Below, piece after piece: positions 37,802 to 40,954 of a stretch of DNA of 40,954 bases. Source of the DNA: Trichinella spiralis (lineage: Eukaryota). Under the pieces are notes generated by a model, which worked only from the letters and a program-made list of their open reading frames with translations, was not told the DNA's origin and made no database searches. Where the stretch lies: assembly GCF_000181795.1 (NCBI RefSeq), contig NW_003526941.1:4949811-4990764 (forward strand), given 5' to 3'. The position numbers and the translations under genes are program-made. Each line of letters opens with the position of its first letter. Position 1 is the stretch's first letter.

Positions 37802-39753
37802 CTGAAAATAACAAATCTCAATTACTAAAAAACATTTAACTTAATAAAATAAAATAAATTACAACTGTTTATTTATAAATATAATTCATTAATAATTCAG
37901 ATGCAAAAATATCGGAATATTGTGGATTTCTAGGTCTCAAAAACAGAATCGAACTATTGCAAAATATACATTATTTATTATTATTTTCAGCGTGAACAAA
38001 CGATAAATAAGAAAAAACACAACTTGCTGATCATAAAAACAAAAATGAAACTTCATTTCACATTTTCAAGCAACGTCAACAGTTGAAAAGACAAAGTTGA
38101 TACAAACAATTGATAACATGATCGCATACCAGTGAAAAACTTCAATTGCGAATTCTGTTCGGAAATCAATCATAAATAAAAGCTTACACCATTAAATAAA
38201 TAGTCAAGTAATGTTTTTCAACTTAGAACAACCTAACTTAAAAAGCTGTAACTGCATTACAGTAATATATAAAACAATTCACGATGTTCAAAAACAATGG
38301 AAAATTCTTAAATTAATTGTATACATATAGTTGAAATTATTTTCAAAAATTCATGTTTAAATATATCATTATTTACTTGAAATTCACTATACGATAATTG
38401 TATTCATGCTTATTCAGTACGATTTTGCCATACAGTAACTTAAACGTTACACTTTTCTCGCATCATTAGTTCGAAAGCTGATTCTTCGCAAAAAATACTC
38501 TTAGATCAAATATAACAAAAAAAACAAGCTCAAATATTCAACTAAGTGTTAGAGTTAGTTATGTTAAAAACATTATCTACATTACTATTTAACAACTATT
38601 AGAACAGCATTTTCCTTACTACTGTAACAAAAAACTCAATCCACGCAGAACAACTGCTTGAATTTATACGTTGAGCTTAAACAATCAATAAAAATAACAT
38701 CAACAAAAACAAAAGTATTTGAAATTCTAAATTCTACATTTAACATCACACTGAATTTCAACCATAAAAAATCTGGAATTAAACAAATGCACCATAAGAA
38801 AAGACATACATCACATAATGTTCAAAATGTAAGACAGCACATCCAGAACTTTAGTTTCTAACATATAAAAAGATCTGATGTTTAAAAAACAATATTAACA
38901 AAACGGAAATAAAGTTTACGTAAAGAAGAAGAAATTTCAGTGGGAGCATATAACAATACATTAAAGAAAACGTCATCAATATAAAAATGACGAGCAACAA
39001 TTGCAACATATGAAAAAAAGTAAGTTTACAAAGTGATGCAATAGGAAATCATAGACCACAGACAACACTTTTCGTTAAAAATTTCAAATCCAAAATGGTC
39101 GCAAACAAAGAACACAATTTTACAAATAAAATACACATAATTGTAATGAAAAGTATAACGCATGCATAAAAATTAAAAAGTCTACGAATTACAATGAACT
39201 ACTTCAAATATTTAAAGCTTCAAAGTTGGGACAAGTCATTAATAATTTCAAGACGACAAATGTGTAAAGCAAAACACTAACTACCAACTTGAAACAATTA
39301 AAAGTTGAATTAAATATATTTTTATTACTTTATTAAGGAGACATTAACAAGGCACTCTATAATCTAATATAGACTTATAAACAATATTTAAGATGCTTAG
39401 CATCAAAATCACAGATCACAAACAAGGGGAAAGGTAACAAATACAGTACATGCCAATACCTGGTAATCAAATAAATACAGTAAGTTGTATTTTAATTGAA
39501 TTTCATATTTTGCAAAGTTCTTTTTATTTATTTTCATTCTTTATAATAATTTTAATTTATAAAACATTTAGTACTTTTGATTAGAAATTACAAGTTGTTA
39601 TTTTCATACTGACAGTTTTAAAATTCTGCTCGATGCAGATGCTCACATCTTTCATCAAGTTGTAATTTGTGCTTTTCCTTTTGCTGAACTGATAGAAACT
39701 TTGCTGAACTTATTTCAGGTTATAATTGGAATTTTCATGTCTGCATTTGCAAG
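37802..39753. promoter_or_regulatory. Divergent intergenic region, probable shared promoter of SMG9 and SRFBP1
   Basis: The genes are head to head. A TTTTCAG acceptor lies immediately before the SMG9 ATG. No core promoter motif is assigned. Confidence 0.45.
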
Positions 39754-40954
39754 ATGAACTCAGAACTTACTGCTGCCGAATTAAATAAACAGGTAAATCT
39801 TTAACTGCCACAGTTATATATTAACTTTTGATCACCTGTATATTTAGATTGTTCGGATGCGGAAGGTAATTGGGCAGGCTAAATTTCGTTTAAGCAATCG
39901 GTTAATTCGTCGAGTAAAGAAACTCAAAAAATCCGAGTAGGTTACTTTATAGAGTTGACAGCAGTGAATTATTAATTGTCTAGATTAATATTTTGTTTAG
40001 TTTGCCTGAAAAATTGAAACTTCGTCACGAGCGGAAAGTACAACGATTCATAGATGAGATTCAAGCTTTGAAGGTTTGCATTAATGATAATATATTTTCA
40101 GATGTGCATTTGACAGCAAACTGTGGTTAATTTTATATCTCACAGATGTTGTCTGGAACGCTTTCCTATATACTGATGCGAGATTAAAATGAAAGCAAAA
40201 ATTATAGTTCTTTATGTAAAGTTAATAAGTTTAATTCCTCACTGACAAGTTTGTTCGTTCACCAGTTGTAAATTATTATTCACTTCCACATTGTTTTTGT
40301 AGAGAATAAAGCCAGACGACGCCAGCAAATTTGCATTGGTGAATACGAAATTATTGAGCGAGTTTAAAATTGATGTACTTAATTTGTTGTTTAAAGTGAA
40401 TTTTATCACCGTTGTGACACAGTTTATTTTTTTGTTTAAGAAAAATACTTCAGCTCGTGACCGTGCATTGTACAAATTGGTAACTGTGAATGTCCTTGTT
40501 GAATATGTTGACGAATTTCGAGAAAAATTTCCCAACTGGCATATGGAAGTGCCTTTTCATTTACAGCGACTTGGATTGCAATACAAATTGAAAAAACAAG
40601 CAAACCCGAACTTTGTAACGCTTGGAAAGAAATCGACAAACGAGAAAACAACAAATGATGATACTGTCTCAAAAGCTGGTAATTGGACGACTTTTAATAA
40701 TCAACACTTTGGTTTGTTTATTAATGAATTAAATTTATAGAAGATGAAGAAGAGCGTGAGAAAGATGAAAGTGGTATATTTTCACAAATTCCTGTAAGCG
40801 ACGTACCATTATTCTGAAAGAATGAGGGCCCAAAGGAAAAAAAGAGTTGAAAGCGAAATGGAGAACATGAAGCACCAGCTCTTCGAAACCAATGCAGACG
40901 CTGTAATAGAGAGGATTTTATTAAGAAATGAAAAATTGCCAGAGGAAGTGATGA
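39754..40954 (+). CDS. SRFBP1: Serum response factor-binding protein 1 / Bud22-like ribosome biogenesis factor, 5' part (exons 39754-39792, 39848-39936, 40001-40073, 40303-40374, 40441-40678, then uncertain); runs off the window
   Basis: Spliced translation ELNKQIVRMRKVIGQAKFRLSNRLIRRVKKLKK...HERKVQRFIDEIQALKRIKPDDASKFAL...TSARDRALYKL matches the conserved SRFBP1 N-terminus as I recall it (LNNEVVKMRK...RLLEEIHAMKELKPD...TATERAIARL). Confidence 0.85.

Overview
AT-rich, intron-rich eukaryotic DNA. Short introns, TTTCAG/TTTTAG acceptors and the protein content point to a nematode, most likely Trichinella-like (inference). The right part (17.5-41 kb) holds five spliced genes, reconstructed exon by exon from splice sites and reading phase. 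Four lie on the minus strand: an OATP/SLCO transporter, PNUTS/PPP1R10, NEMF/Rqc2 and SMG9. A divergent, truncated SRFBP1 lies on the plus strand. The left part (1.6-16.8 kb) is a roughly 15 kb imperfect palindrome. Its multi-kb inverted arms carry an unidentified small-exon gene/pseudogene. Each arm runs inward into a tandem array of near-perfect 5' splice-site motifs (AGGTAAGT on the left, ACTTACC on the right). Between them sits a compact palindromic hub (~7720-7995) built of ATTTGCAT and GCCNNNGGC motifs. Four 10-N gaps and visibly low-quality read ends lie inside this region, so the internal order and copy number are uncertain. The palindrome, splice-donor arrays and hub together are the best candidate for something undescribed, but any function is inference only.
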